The translations under genes and the position numbers were made by a program. Source: Candidatus Bathyarchaeia archaeon (lineage in GTDB: Archaea > Thermoproteota > Bathyarchaeia > Bathyarchaeales > Bathycorpusculaceae). From it: 64,000 bases of DNA. Location: positions 64,001 to 128,000 of the forward strand of contig JBEKKK010000003.1 of NCBI GenBank assembly GCA_050010755.1, given 5' to 3'. Shown one piece after another: positions 10,368 through 20,874 of this stretch; positions within the stretch are counted from its first letter, which is position 1; the number at the start of each line of letters is the position of its first letter. The notes under the pieces were generated by a model. That model was not told the origin of the DNA and did no database searches. It saw only the letters and a program-made list of their open reading frames with translations.

Positions 10368-12665
10368 TCAATGCCTAGAGGACGTTTCTTGACCTATGAA
10401 GCGTTCATCCTGTGTTATTGCCTCATATATTTCGTCGACTAGTTGCGCCCGCTCAGTTATCCAACCGACCTCGTGAACGGTGCCCCCTGTGATTTCTGCT
10501 ATCGATTCGGTCAGCAGGACGCCTGCGTATTGCCAGTCCACCGTGACCGGGTTCGTGTTAACCACGACCGTGTGAATCCCATCTCTTCTGGCAATCTCTG
10601 ACACAGAAAGCACATCGTTCACAGCCATGTCCTCATACTTGAAAAACGAAGCGTCCAACGGGTCAAACGTCCGCACCTCACCGGTCTGCAAACTCTTCAA
10701 CAACGGGATGTTAGCGTTTCCATCCGTCACGATGACCATCACCGGAATCGTCGACCTGTCCCTGCGCTGCTCCTCCTTCAGAACCTCAACGGCCTTGAGC
10801 ATTCCCGCAGCCAGCGGAGTGAAGCCGCTCACACGCAGCCTCAGAAGCTTGTTTGCCACGACACGAAGGTTAGTTATCGGATGCTGAGCGACAACAGCCG
10901 TCATCCCCTTCATCGCCACCACGCCCACCTTGTCCCGGTGACGATAAGCGTCCCCGTGCAGCTTCAGAACAGCCTCCTTCACGCTCCTGATATTATCCAT
11001 CATAGACTTACTCAAATCAATGACCAAAACGATGGTCATAGGCGCCTTGTAAATCCTAGACTTCTCCCGAATGTCCATAGAAGTTATCCGAAGCGCGGTG
11101 TCCGCGGGCTTCTCCCTGAAACCCTGGTTCAGAGCAGCAGCCCTGATAGTCGCTGGAAAATGAATGTCCCTAGGCTTTCCCTTCGGAAACCTCCAGCCGC
11201 TGGGCCTCCCCCTGTGAAGTGCGGTCACCGTTTCAGCTCGCTTTCCCGCGTTGACAGTCATGCTTCGCGCCGAACCCTTAGCCCGAAAGTTAAGGGCGAA
11301 AGGGGCGCGGAGCCTCCCCTCCATCCTAGTCAGAAGCGGTTCACCCTCCGTCAACGACGAATCTCTCTTAACCGGACTGAAATCATCGCGAACGGCCCTC
11401 GCCTCGTCCGGCAAATCCCAGTCCTTCTTGGTAACAGAGGGTTTTCCGCTACCGGTCTCGTCCAAAGTGTAGAGTATGTTCCTGAAACGCTTCGGAACAT
11501 AGTTGCTCTTCTTTTTTTCCGGATCCTCGTCCTTCTTCTCGTTTGTCTTGAACGGCCAAATGTAGCCCTTGAACTTCTTGGCCTTCTTGTCTGAAGGTTC
11601 GAGCTGCGGACCCGGCTTCGCCTCCGCCTGCGACTCCAGAGCCTTGGACGAAAAAGTCTGTCTGATTTCATCCAGCGTAGCAGCTTCCAAGAAACCTCCC
11701 TCTCTGGTTCTGTGACTCAGGGCCAGCTCCGCCGCGACGAGAACATGATCCAGTGTGACAGCCGTCTTGTCTTCGAAGGCCGCAATCGTACAGGCGGCTT
11801 TGCTTATGACGATGTCTGGTCTCATCCCGTCCACTTTCAGTTCCACGCAGGCCTTACAGATGGCCTCGAGAAGTTTCGGCGGCATCTCGACGTTGGGAAG
11901 AACCTCTCTCGCGTGAACTATCTTACTTCTGAGCTCCTCTTGAGCCCTCCTGAATTCTTCATGAAACGCCGCAGGATCCTTTTCAAAACGGACGTTTCGA
12001 TTAACAATCTCCATCCTGTCCGTAAAAGACGTGACCCGTTCAACACCGACAGACAGCGGAAAACGATCCAAGAGTTGTGGACGAAGTTCACCCTCCTCCG
12101 GGTTCATAGTTCCAACAAACACAAATCGCGAAGGATGACTCACCGAGATGCCCTCCCTCTCAACAACGTTCCAGCCCGTCGCCGCAGCATCCAGAAGATC
12201 ATCCGCTATGTGATCGGGCAGGAGATTGACCTCGTCAACATAAAGAATGTTCTGATTCGCCTCGGCGAGCACACCCGGTTCGAGGGCCTCAACGCCAAGC
12301 TTGATGGCCTTTTCAACGTCCAAACTGCCCACGACCCTGTCCTCAGTCGCGCCGAGAGGAAGATCGATTACCCTCATCTCCTTCTCTTCAACAGGCAGCT
12401 TCTCACCATTTCGGTAGCGTTCGCCGTGCAGAGGGCACATGTTAGACGGATCATCAGGATTACAGTTGAATTGACAGTCCTTCACCGTTCTTATGTTCGG
12501 CAAAACGTCAGCCAAGGCCCTAACCACGGTTGTCTTGCCAGAGCCCTTAGGCCCTTGAATGAGCAGCCCACCCACCTTTGGGTTCACTGCGTTGATGACA
12601 ATCCCAAGCTTCAACTTATCCATGCCAACTATAGCCGAAAACGGAAACACCACTCTTTTCTGCAC
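10368..12665 (-). CDS. Mg/Co-chelatase ChlI/ChlD-type AAA+ and VWA fusion protein, paralog 2
   Basis: [37 protein letters not shown]...TDG; tandem paralog of 7789-10179. Confidence 0.9.
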   Translation of the reverse strand: MQKRVVFPFSAIVGMDKLKLGIVINAVNPKVGGLLIQGPKGSGKTTVVRALADVLPNIRTVKDCQFNCNPDDPSNMCPLHGERYRNGEKLPVEEKEMRVIDLPLGATEDRVVGSLDVEKAIKLGVEALEPGVLAEANQNILYVDEVNLLPDHIADDLLDAAATGWNVVEREGISVSHPSRFVFVGTMNPEEGELRPQLLDRFPLSVGVERVTSFTDRMEIVNRNVRFEKDPAAFHEEFRRAQEELRSKIVHAREVLPNVEMPPKLLEAICKACVELKVDGMRPDIVISKAACTIAAFEDKTAVTLDHVLVAAELALSHRTREGGFLEAATLDEIRQTFSSKALESQAEAKPGPQLEPSDKKAKKFKGYIWPFKTNEKKDEDPEKKKSNYVPKRFRNILYTLDETGSGKPSVTKKDWDLPDEARAVRDDFSPVKRDSSLTEGEPLLTRMEGRLRAPFALNFRAKGSARSMTVNAGKRAETVTALHRGRPSGWRFPKGKPRDIHFPATIRAAALNQGFREKPADTALRITSMDIREKSRIYKAPMTIVLVIDLSKSMMDNIRSVKEAVLKLHGDAYRHRDKVGVVAMKGMTAVVAQHPITNLRVVANKLLRLRVSGFTPLAAGMLKAVEVLKEEQRRDRSTIPVMVIVTDGNANIPLLKSLQTGEVRTFDPLDASFFKYEDMAVNDVLSVSEIARRDGIHTVVVNTNPVTVDWQYAGVLLTESIAEITGGTVHEVGWITERAQLVDEIYEAITQDERFIGQETSSRH

Positions 12666-12767
12666 GAACTCAACCCCGAACGCAAACGCAACGAAGCACT
12701 CTATATAACCTACTGAAACATGAATATAAGAGCGTGACGCTAACTCTCTTCTCCGCTGGAGACAGCT

Positions 12768-14465
12768 TTGAAAACTGAAAAAATCCTCGTAACCTCAGCC
12801 TGGCCCTACGTGAACTATCTTCCCCACTTGGGCACCGTTATGCAGTGTTTGGCTGCCGATGTTGTCGCAAGATATTACAGGCTGAAAGGAGCAGACGTGC
12901 TGATGGTGAGCGGATCGGACGAGCATGGAACTCCAACTGAAGTTGAAGCCGTGAGACTGGGCATATCACCAAAACAGTTGACCGACGAGAACCACGCAAA
13001 GATTGTCGAATTGTTCGGCAAGTGGGGTCTGTCGTTTGACAATTACACTCGCACCGAAAACCCAGTGCATAAAGAGTTCGTGCAGCAGCACTTGATGAAA
13101 ATTTACAACAGGGGTTACATTTTCACTCACGAAGCAGAAATGCTCTATTGCGAAAACTGTGACCGCTACCTTCCGGACAGGTACGTTGAAGGAAAGTGTC
13201 CCTACTGCGGCCATGAAGGCGCGCGCGGAGACCAGTGTGAAGCCTGCGGACGGCTGCTCGAGACAACTCTCTTAATCGAACCTTATTGTGCAATCTGCAA
13301 GAGCAAACCCGTCAGAAGACAGACCACTCACTGGTACTTTGACCTCCCAAAATTTTCAAATGAGATCAGCAAGTACCTCAACGATAACAAACGCTTGCCA
13401 GACAACGCCAGAAACTTCAGCCTGAACATCGTGAAAGAAGGATTGAAACCCAGGGCGGTAACCAGAGACGTCAGTTGGGGCATTCCAGCGCCTTTTCCTG
13501 GAGCCGAAAACAAGAGCATTTATGTCTGGGTTGAAGCCGTTTTAGGGTACGTCTCGGCGACGATTGAGTACTTCAAGAACAGCAACGAAACAGAAAAATG
13601 GAAAGAATACTGGTTTGAAAAGAAATCCAAGACGTTTTACTTCATCGGGAAAGACAATACAATATTCCACACAGTAATCCTGCCAGCTTTGCTCCTAGCA
13701 TCGGGTGAAGATTACAACCTCCCCTGGAACGTTTCCACGACGGAGTTTCTCCAGTTCAAGGGCGAAAAGCTCTCCAAGAGCCACAGAATCGGCATATGGA
13801 GCGACGAGGCGCTGGAGCTTTTCCCAGCTGATTACTGGCGCTTCTACCTCATGGCAACGAGGCCGGAGGCCAAGGACTCGAACTTTTCATGGGAGCTGTT
13901 CATCGAAAAAGTCAACGGAGATCTGAACGACACCTTCGGCAATTTCGTGCACAGAACACTCACGTTCATCAGCACGCAGTTCAACGGAGAAATTCCCAAA
14001 CTCGAAACGCCCGATGAAGATGCTGAACAGGCTCTAGGCGCTCTGAAGAAAAGAGTGCAGACAGTGGCCGACGAGATTGAGAATTGCAGACTGCAGTCTG
14101 CCGCGAACATCGTTATGAGCATAAGCCGCAGCGGAAATCAGTACCTGAATGAGAAGGAACCGTGGAAGCTAATGAAGGAGAACCGAAACAAGGCAGCGAA
14201 CATATTCAACGCGGCGGCACAGATTGTCAAAGCGCTGGCAATAGTTTCGGCTCCGTTCATCCCGTCCTCTGCTGAGGAAATCTGGAAAACCCTCAACCTG
14301 CCAGGAACCGTCCACGAGCAGAATTGGGACGAAGCCTTAAAGCCCTTGCCTCCTGGTCACAGAATACTCAAGCCTAAGCCTCTGTTCAAGAAGATAGATG
14401 TTGACGAAGCGGAGCTCGCAAAGAGGTTGGAGAAGATCAGAGCGGACCTCACGAGGGCTGCTTGA
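12768..14465 (+). CDS. metG: Methionine--tRNA ligase (short form, no C-terminal OB domain)
   Basis: [18 protein letters not shown], Zn knuckle ARGDQC, KLSKS. Confidence 0.96.
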   Translation: MKTEKILVTSAWPYVNYLPHLGTVMQCLAADVVARYYRLKGADVLMVSGSDEHGTPTEVEAVRLGISPKQLTDENHAKIVELFGKWGLSFDNYTRTENPVHKEFVQQHLMKIYNRGYIFTHEAEMLYCENCDRYLPDRYVEGKCPYCGHEGARGDQCEACGRLLETTLLIEPYCAICKSKPVRRQTTHWYFDLPKFSNEISKYLNDNKRLPDNARNFSLNIVKEGLKPRAVTRDVSWGIPAPFPGAENKSIYVWVEAVLGYVSATIEYFKNSNETEKWKEYWFEKKSKTFYFIGKDNTIFHTVILPALLLASGEDYNLPWNVSTTEFLQFKGEKLSKSHRIGIWSDEALELFPADYWRFYLMATRPEAKDSNFSWELFIEKVNGDLNDTFGNFVHRTLTFISTQFNGEIPKLETPDEDAEQALGALKKRVQTVADEIENCRLQSAANIVMSISRSGNQYLNEKEPWKLMKENRNKAANIFNAAAQIVKALAIVSAPFIPSSAEEIWKTLNLPGTVHEQNWDEALKPLPPGHRILKPKPLFKKIDVDEAELAKRLEKIRADLTRAA

Positions 14466-14486
14466 TGCAGTTTTGGGCGTGAACCT

Positions 14487-15128
14487 TTGCAGTTAAAGAT
14501 TGACATGCACGTACACTCTTGCTATTCGACGGACTCGGTAATCACGCCAGAAGAGCTTGTCTTCTACGCCAAGAAACGCGGTTTAGACGGAGTCGCAGTG
14601 ACAGATCATGACAACCTAGAAGGGCCGTTAAAAATAGCCGCCGAAACTGACTTCCTGATCATCCCAGGAATTGAGGTTTGCAGTTCAGACGGCCACGTGC
14701 TCGGACTCAATGTCAAGGAACCAATATCCGCGGGGTTGAGTGCAACTGAGACTGTAAACCGGATTCATGACGCCGGCGGCATTGCAGTGGCTTGCCACCC
14801 AGTCGGCTTTTTCAAAGGAGGCTTGGGGAAACGCACCAACTCGAGCTTCGATGCTGTTGAGGTGATAAATTCTTCAGCAGTTCCCTTCCGTTATTCCGTG
14901 ACCCAAAGCGCAAAAATCGCCTCCCGTCTGGGAAAGCCACGATTGGCTGGGAGCGACGCCCACTACGGTCCCGAAATCGGATGCGCCTATACAGTCGTAG
15001 ACGCCGAGCCTAACGTGAGTGACGTGATAAATGCGATATGCAGGGGTTTTTGTCAACCTTTCGGCAGTGCAATACCTTGGACAGTTAGGTTGAAAAGAAT
15101 GGTCGAAGCCAATAGAAGAAAGCCTTAG
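14487..15128 (+). CDS. PHP-domain metal-dependent phosphoesterase
   Basis: DMHVHS, AVTDHD, PGIE, HP, AGSDAH. Confidence 0.9.
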   Translation: MQLKIDMHVHSCYSTDSVITPEELVFYAKKRGLDGVAVTDHDNLEGPLKIAAETDFLIIPGIEVCSSDGHVLGLNVKEPISAGLSATETVNRIHDAGGIAVACHPVGFFKGGLGKRTNSSFDAVEVINSSAVPFRYSVTQSAKIASRLGKPRLAGSDAHYGPEIGCAYTVVDAEPNVSDVINAICRGFCQPFGSAIPWTVRLKRMVEANRRKP

Positions 15129-15148
15129 ATGTTCCGGTTGAGAGGCTG

Positions 15149-16264
15149 TTAACATTTTTCCATTTGGTAAAGGCCCAGATCTAGATTGGATGGTTTTTCG
15201 GGTTCTGCGTAGGGTTCAAGGTTGAAGAGATGAGGCGCTATTGTACGAAAGCCGCTTAACATATGTGGAGAATTCAGGCCAGTCATGACCAGCGTTACCT
15301 TTAGCTTGCCGTTCTGTTCTGGATTGACTCTTGCCCCCCAGATCACCATGGCGCTGCAGTCCATCATCTCGGTCACTATTTCACCAACGCGGTTTGCCTC
15401 TTCGATTGTCATTTGATCGTCACCGGTGACGTGGACAAGAGCTCCCGTGGCTCCTGCGTAGTCTACATCTGACAGCGGCGTTCTCAAGGCGTTGCGCACT
15501 GCCTCTTCGGCCCTGTTCGGGGCATCAGATTCGCCGACTCCGACGACGGCCACTCCTCCGCGGCTGACTATGGTCTTGAAGTCCGCAAAATCCAGGTTAA
15601 TCAAGCTTGGAGTTGAAATCGTTTCAACGATACCCTTGATCATGTTCGCCAAAACTTGGTCTGCGACCATGAACGCTTCGCTAATCGGTAGCTGGGGCAC
15701 TAGATGCATCAACTTGTTGTTGTCGATAACCACGACTGTATCGCACTTTCTTCGCATCTCGCTCAGAGCCGCTGCCGCGCATTCCTTTCTGCCTTTCTCG
15801 ATTCGAAACGGTGTTGTCACGACGCCGACGGTGATTGCTCCCTTTCGCCTGGCCATGTCAGCGATGACCGGAGCCGCACCCGTCCCTGTTCCGCCGCCCA
15901 GACCGGCTGTTATGAACGCTATGTCGATGTGTGAGAGCAAGCCTTCGACGGTTTCCTTGGACTCCTCGATTGCAGCCTTGCCGAGCTTCGGGTCGCCGCC
16001 CACTCCTAGTCCCTTGGTGAGTCTCTCGCCTATCAACACCTTTTGGTTTGCCTTCGAAACGTTCAGGTGAAGAGCGTCAGTGTTTATTGCGATGGTCTCT
16101 GCACACGCTATGCCAGCCTCCATCAGGCGTGTCACGGTGTTGTTTCCCGCACCCCCGACACCGATGACCACGATTCGGCAGCAACTAGGTTGTCTGATTC
16201 CTTCGTTTCCTGTGAAATGCCAGCTGTATTCGAGACCGTTTTCACCCGCGTGCACTTTAGCCAA
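15149..16264 (-). CDS. ftsZ: Cell division protein FtsZ
   Basis: GVGGAGNN, INTD, GLGGGTGTG, INLDFAD; likely TTG start at 16264 overlapping the RHH stop (ORF track extends to 16303). Confidence 0.95.
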   Translation of the reverse strand: MAKVHAGENGLEYSWHFTGNEGIRQPSCCRIVVIGVGGAGNNTVTRLMEAGIACAETIAINTDALHLNVSKANQKVLIGERLTKGLGVGGDPKLGKAAIEESKETVEGLLSHIDIAFITAGLGGGTGTGAAPVIADMARRKGAITVGVVTTPFRIEKGRKECAAAALSEMRRKCDTVVVIDNNKLMHLVPQLPISEAFMVADQVLANMIKGIVETISTPSLINLDFADFKTIVSRGGVAVVGVGESDAPNRAEEAVRNALRTPLSDVDYAGATGALVHVTGDDQMTIEEANRVGEIVTEMMDCSAMVIWGARVNPEQNGKLKVTLVMTGLNSPHMLSGFRTIAPHLFNLEPYAEPEKPSNLDLGLYQMEKC

Positions 16265-16412
16265 CTTGGTTCCTCCTCCAAAGCTCATCGTTGACCAAGT
16301 CACGGATGGCTACCCGAATGGCCTCCGCCCTGTTTGGGTAAAACCTTTCATCTACTAGCTGATCTAACGCCCTGAGGTATGTCTCAGGCACGTAGAGAGT
16401 TATCAGTTTCAA
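16257..16412 (-). CDS. Ribbon-helix-helix regulator coupled to ftsZ (CdrS-like)
   Basis: KLITLYVPETYLRALDQLV..FYPNRAEAIRVAIRDL; TTG start after GGAGGGAG; same arrangement as haloarchaeal cdrS-ftsZ2. Confidence 0.85.
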   Translation of the reverse strand: MKLITLYVPETYLRALDQLVDERFYPNRAEAIRVAIRDLVNDELWRRNQVG

Positions 16413-16616
16413 CTCATCTCCCTCCGAGGCAAAGCTGAAGAAGCTATGTTCCAACTTATGCGTCTGTATAATATGACATAAATATGTGGCAAATATGTAA
16501 AGCCCTCGCCTTTTAAAGCTTGCACAATCTCCAGTTCAGATTCTTGTAAATTCCTCCAGAGCCTGACCTTTATCTTTTTATTTCTTGTATGTGCAATTAA
16601 CGTATTGTGATGAGAC

Positions 16617-17906
16617 ACGCAACGGGTTCTCGTAAAGAGTTTCGGTTGCTCAACAAACATGTCTGACGGCGCAGTGCTTCAAGGTTGCTTAGCACGAGCA
16701 GGATACGAGCTAGCAGATTCAATTGCGTCCGCGGACGTGGTTATTTTGAACACTTGTGCAGTTAAAGGCCCCACTGAGAATCGAATGATCGAAATTTCGA
16801 AGCGAGTTCCCAGAGTAAAAAAACTGATAATCACCGGGTGCCTGCCCCTGGTCAATTATGAGAGGCTTCAAAAAGAGGTGCCGTTCAACGGGATTGTGGG
16901 TCCAGCCGCAGGTGAAAAAATCGTCCAAATCGTGAAGCGTGTTTCAAACGGAGAAACGGTCATTGCCCTTCAAAAGGCCGCCGATGATTTACCCTCTCTC
17001 AGTCTTCCCCGAGTGCAATCAAATCCTGTGACAAGCATTGTTCCCATAAATTACGGCTGCTTAGGCTCGTGCGCCTATTGCTGTGTCGTTTTTGCCAGAG
17101 GCCCTCTGAGAAGCTACGAAGTCCAAGACATCGTGAAAAGAGTTAAAGAGGACCTAGACTCAGGGCTACGGGAGTTCTGGATCACCTCACAGGACACCGC
17201 ATGCTATGGCAGGGACAACGGGACGAACCTGGCCAATCTGCTTCGAGCCTTATGCGGCATTAAAGAAGATTTCAGGGTTCGCGTAGGCATGATGACTCCA
17301 AACAATGTCCTAGACATGCTAGATGAGCTGGTCCAAGCGTTTCATGACGACAGAATTTTCAAGTTCATTCACCTGCCTGTGCAAAGCGGCGACGACGAAG
17401 TTCTGAAGCGTATGCGACGATTCTACCGTGTTGAAGACTTTAAAAGGGCGGTAGAGGCCTTCAGAAGAAGCTTTCCAGATATAACCTTGGCAACGGATGT
17501 GATTTGCGGTTTTCCAGGCGAAACCCAGGAGGATTTCGGCAGGACTCTGGAGTTGATTGAAGAGGTTAAACCTGACGTGGTGAATGTCTCCAAGTTCTTT
17601 GCAAGACCGAAAACTGCTGCTGCTGCGATGAAGGATTCGGTTCCGTTGTCAGAAATCAAGGCTAGAAGCGTCATGGCAAGCGCGTTGGCAAAGAAGCTCT
17701 CGTTTGAGAAAAATCAACGCTGGATAGGCTGGACTGGTAAAGTGCTTGTGGACGAGGTTGGCAAGGTCCCAGGTTCTTGGGTTGGTCGAAACCTCGCTTA
17801 CAAACCAGTCGCGGTTAAGAGCACTTCCAAACTCGCCGGCAAGTTCATACATACAAGAATCACCGAAGCATTTCCGACATATCTCAAAGGCGCCATCGTT
17901 CAATAA
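16617..17906 (+). CDS. tRNA t6A37 methylthiotransferase (archaeal MtaB/CDKAL1 type radical SAM)
   Basis: KSFGCSTN, NTCAVK, TGC, CLGSCAYC, HLPVQSG, ICGFPGE, TRAM domain; the first Cys motif lies upstream of the ORF-track ATG (16659) so the start is placed at ACG 16617. Confidence 0.88.
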   Translation, partial: TQRVLVKSFGCSTNMSDGAVLQGCLARAGYELADSIASADVVILNTCAVKGPTENRMIEISKRVPRVKKLIITGCLPLVNYERLQKEVPFNGIVGPAAGEKIVQIVKRVSNGETVIALQKAADDLPSLSLPRVQSNPVTSIVPINYGCLGSCAYCCVVFARGPLRSYEVQDIVKRVKEDLDSGLREFWITSQDTACYGRDNGTNLANLLRALCGIKEDFRVRVGMMTPNNVLDMLDELVQAFHDDRIFKFIHLPVQSGDDEVLKRMRRFYRVEDFKRAVEAFRRSFPDITLATDVICGFPGETQEDFGRTLELIEEVKPDVVNVSKFFARPKTAAAAMKDSVPLSEIKARSVMASALAKKLSFEKNQRWIGWTGKVLVDEVGKVPGSWVGRNLAYKPVAVKSTSKLAGKFIHTRITEAFPTYLKGAIVQ

Positions 17907-17943
17907 GTTATTTATGACAAAATGCTCATAGCACTCCTAGAGG

Positions 17944-18213
17944 TTGAAGGGTTTGAGCGACGAAGAACTTGTGGAAGTTGGGCGAATAACTCATTATTTT
18001 TCGAAAATCGACGTGGCGGTGATTGAGCTCAAAGCCGCACTGAGCGTGGGCGACACAATAGCGGTCAAGGGTCCAACGACGGATTTTGAACAGAACGTTG
18101 ATTCTATGCAGATTGAGCATAAGAACGTTCAGAGGGCCGAAGCGGGACAAAGTATTGGCATGAAAGTGATGCAACGCGTCAGAGAAACAGATGTTGTATA
18201 CAAGAAAAAATAA
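17944..18213 (+). CDS. Translation elongation factor domain-II-like small beta-barrel protein
   Basis: VGRITHYFSKIDVAVI..LSVGDTI..SMQIEH..V..A..GQSIG. Confidence 0.8.
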   Translation: MKGLSDEELVEVGRITHYFSKIDVAVIELKAALSVGDTIAVKGPTTDFEQNVDSMQIEHKNVQRAEAGQSIGMKVMQRVRETDVVYKKK

Positions 18214-18331
18214 CCTCCTTTCCTTTTTCCCATTTTGTGTGAAAAAGCCCAGGAACATGTGTCCGCATGAACCATTTCCACTGCAATGCGTGACTGCAAA
18301 CATTTTCTGAAGCAAGAGGCCGAGCATTTTC

Positions 18332-18658
18332 TTATTGTACGAACCTGAGTATGTAGTCGTTTACGGTTTGAAGAAACGAGTCTTCCAGTTCTATGCCGTA
18401 GTGTTCTGCTAAGACAAAGATTATGTAGAGCAGATCTGAGAGTTCCGTGGCCAGCGCCTCCTTTGTTTTTGTTTTCTCAGGCGGCTTGTATCCCTCTAGC
18501 CCCTTGATCTCTGCAGCGACTTCTCCCGCCTCTTCCAGTAAGTCAGTGACCATGACGAAGGGTGTCCATGTCTTGCCGCGTTCTGGGTCAAGCTTTTCAT
18601 TGATTTTCTTGAAATTTTTCCAACAGAGATGTTGGGCATCGCGTAAAGTCACAGACAT
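18332..18658 (-). CDS. MazG-like NTP pyrophosphohydrolase
   Basis: LLEEAGEVA...ELSDLL. Confidence 0.85.
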   Translation of the reverse strand: MSVTLRDAQHLCWKNFKKINEKLDPERGKTWTPFVMVTDLLEEAGEVAAEIKGLEGYKPPEKTKTKEALATELSDLLYIIFVLAEHYGIELEDSFLQTVNDYILRFVQ

Positions 18659-18849
18659 GATGGTCAGCCCAAGCCGATTTGTGAAGCTCGCCTAATAATG
18701 CTTTTCTTAGCCCCACTTTTCAAAGGAATTATTTGCAGTTGATTGTATAGCGCGCGCCATGTGCAGCATCAGCTACAAGTCCTCGCGTCTAATTAAGCGC
18801 CCATACTAAACTCTATATCGCTGTACGCGTGCGTATAAGGAAATGAAGA

Positions 18850-19638
18850 GTGAAATTAATGCCAGTGAGCAAGTCAGAACTTGTTACGAAACAGGGCTTT
18901 CAAGAGGCGAGAGACGCGGTTCTTAAGGCATTGGCAAGTAAGGGCTACCGGATAGAGCAGGATCTGCAAAACCAGATAGTCGCTAAACATCCACTTTCCG
19001 CTACTTATTACCCGCACGCCGTCGAAGTGTACATCAATGCTGAACCCGGCAAGACTACGATTCAAGCATCCATAGACCATCGCAGAAGCCAAGCCTACAC
19101 TGAAGAGTTAAGAGAAGAGATTGCCAAAAACCTGCAACCTCTACCACGAGTGGTTTTCACTTCTACGCAGCCTCCTACAAGCCAAGAACAACTCAACCGC
19201 CAAGCGGCGTTAGTTAATCCAAACTTCAACCGCGATGAACAGGTACTCTGGTCTCACAGAGTTACAAAGGGAGTATTCCACAAAGAAATCGTGGAGGAAT
19301 GGATAATCACTGGGCTGAGAGCCATTAAAAAGTACCCCGTAACAAAAGAGAACCCTCAGGAAAGATTCATATCCATCAGCTTGTCAGACGCTGACGTCGT
19401 GGTTATGAGGCAGCATCGTGAAACGAATGGACACCGCGTGGGCACTTTTGCAGGAACCACAGGAGGCGGCTTCTTCACGGGAACCACCACGGGCGTAACT
19501 CACAGCACGGGCATAACATACGGAGATCTCGTATTCCTGCAAGACAAAAAAGAAATAATCCGCTTCAGCGGCATAAGCGACCCACAAGACATCAACCGCA
19601 TGATACAAACAATCAAAAAAGAAAAAACGAGCGTGTAG
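18850..19638 (+). CDS. Hypothetical protein (C-terminal part resembles a bacterial PH-like domain)
   Basis: Long ORF with host codon usage; GDLVF...IRFSGISDP. Confidence 0.65.
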   Translation: MKLMPVSKSELVTKQGFQEARDAVLKALASKGYRIEQDLQNQIVAKHPLSATYYPHAVEVYINAEPGKTTIQASIDHRRSQAYTEELREEIAKNLQPLPRVVFTSTQPPTSQEQLNRQAALVNPNFNRDEQVLWSHRVTKGVFHKEIVEEWIITGLRAIKKYPVTKENPQERFISISLSDADVVVMRQHRETNGHRVGTFAGTTGGGFFTGTTTGVTHSTGITYGDLVFLQDKKEIIRFSGISDPQDINRMIQTIKKEKTSV

Positions 19639-19717
19639 ACGAAGGGAATGTGGGCGTCTTTTTTGCCGTTCAAGCACGAAGGATGTTGCGCTCTCTGATC
19701 TAATGGATGCAATGAAA

Positions 19718-20842
19718 TCAGGGGATAATTTCGCAACCGTTGTATTTCATGTATTCGAAATCTGCGGGTTTGACTTTGCCCATTTCAACAAGTTTTCTTA
19801 TTCTTGGCATTTCGCCACGGATTGCTTGTATCAGGTTGCGCACCGTGTTACATACGTGCGTGTACGCTTCTCGGCTCCAGCGTTTGGTCACTATTGCGTA
19901 GAGGCATCGGCCCCCACAAAGTTTGAAGGCGTCACATTCTAGGCATGGTTTGCCCATGTGAACTTTCCGCAGTCTTAGCGGATCTGCCCTACGAATGTGG
20001 CCGAGATAGTAATATTTTATTCCCCACATGGTTGGACATGGCACTATATAGCCGTCGGTTTGTATGGCGTAGTTAATCCATCCTCCTCCGCAACGCAAGA
20101 AACTGGACTTTTCGTCGAAGAGAAGCTGTTGAGCGATGCCGAGGAGTGGATAGAGCTTAAGAACCTGACCGTTTTCTTCCATGTTATCAACCCAGAATCT
20201 TGCAAGTTTTTGAACGCCAGGATTGTAGCTGATCTCACTCCAGTTTTTGAAGTCCCTTCTTTCGAAATCGTTTTTCCAGAAACCGGCGTTCAGTTGCCAA
20301 TGCACAGAAGAAAATGAGAATTCATCGTTGGCCACTAGCCACTTGGCTTGCTTGTATATGTCGGTCTGCTCCATCACTGTCATTCTGGCAATGAGTTCGC
20401 CTTCGAACCCGTTCTTCACTATCAGCTTCAGGTTGTCGATGACTTTTCTGAAAGTTCCTTTTCCCCGGTAAAAGTCAGTGAGCGCCTCATCGCCGTCTAT
20501 AGAAACGAGAATTGTGTGGAAGCGGTTGACGTATTCGGCTTCCAAGCGGTCGAGGAGCATGCCGTTGGTTTGAATCATGAAAAGTTTTGCTTGGACGTTG
20601 TCCATGATTTGTTTTATTTCCTCAGCACAGAGCAGTGGTTCTCCGCCGTAGAAGGTTAAGACACAGTCTGGGTCTTTGGTGCAGAACTTGTTCAGTGACT
20701 CGAGGTTATAGCTGATTTTTCTGGGCAGTGAATAGTCGACTTCGAAATTGGAGAAATCCTCGTCTACGTCCTCGCAGGCTTCGCCATAGCAGTATCTGCA
20801 CTCCAAGTTGCATTCAGTGGTAAGTATCACGTGAAAGAACAT
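19718..20842 (-). CDS. Radical SAM/SPASM enzyme, AF0577/TIGR04084-like putative peptide-modifying family
   Basis: CNLECRYC, FYGGEP, QTNG, VSIDG, SPASM RCGGG...G.I.PCP...C..C...CGGRC, C-terminal GCEIIP. Confidence 0.85.
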   Translation of the reverse strand: MFFHVILTTECNLECRYCYGEACEDVDEDFSNFEVDYSLPRKISYNLESLNKFCTKDPDCVLTFYGGEPLLCAEEIKQIMDNVQAKLFMIQTNGMLLDRLEAEYVNRFHTILVSIDGDEALTDFYRGKGTFRKVIDNLKLIVKNGFEGELIARMTVMEQTDIYKQAKWLVANDEFSFSSVHWQLNAGFWKNDFERRDFKNWSEISYNPGVQKLARFWVDNMEENGQVLKLYPLLGIAQQLLFDEKSSFLRCGGGWINYAIQTDGYIVPCPTMWGIKYYYLGHIRRADPLRLRKVHMGKPCLECDAFKLCGGRCLYAIVTKRWSREAYTHVCNTVRNLIQAIRGEMPRIRKLVEMGKVKPADFEYMKYNGCEIIP

Positions 20843-20874
20843 GTCCTTCGAGGCAAGAGGATGGACAGCCGCTC

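Noticed and set aside
9247-12716. Long + strand ORFs (9247-9942, 10881-11594, 11712-12716)
   Set aside because: Antisense shadows of the chelatase genes; their mutual similarity only reflects the paralogy
15492-16070. 192-aa + strand ORF and similar antisense or alternate-frame ORFs (e.g. 24072-24653, 44513-45379, 51110-51715)
   Set aside because: They overlap well-supported genes and show no protein motifs
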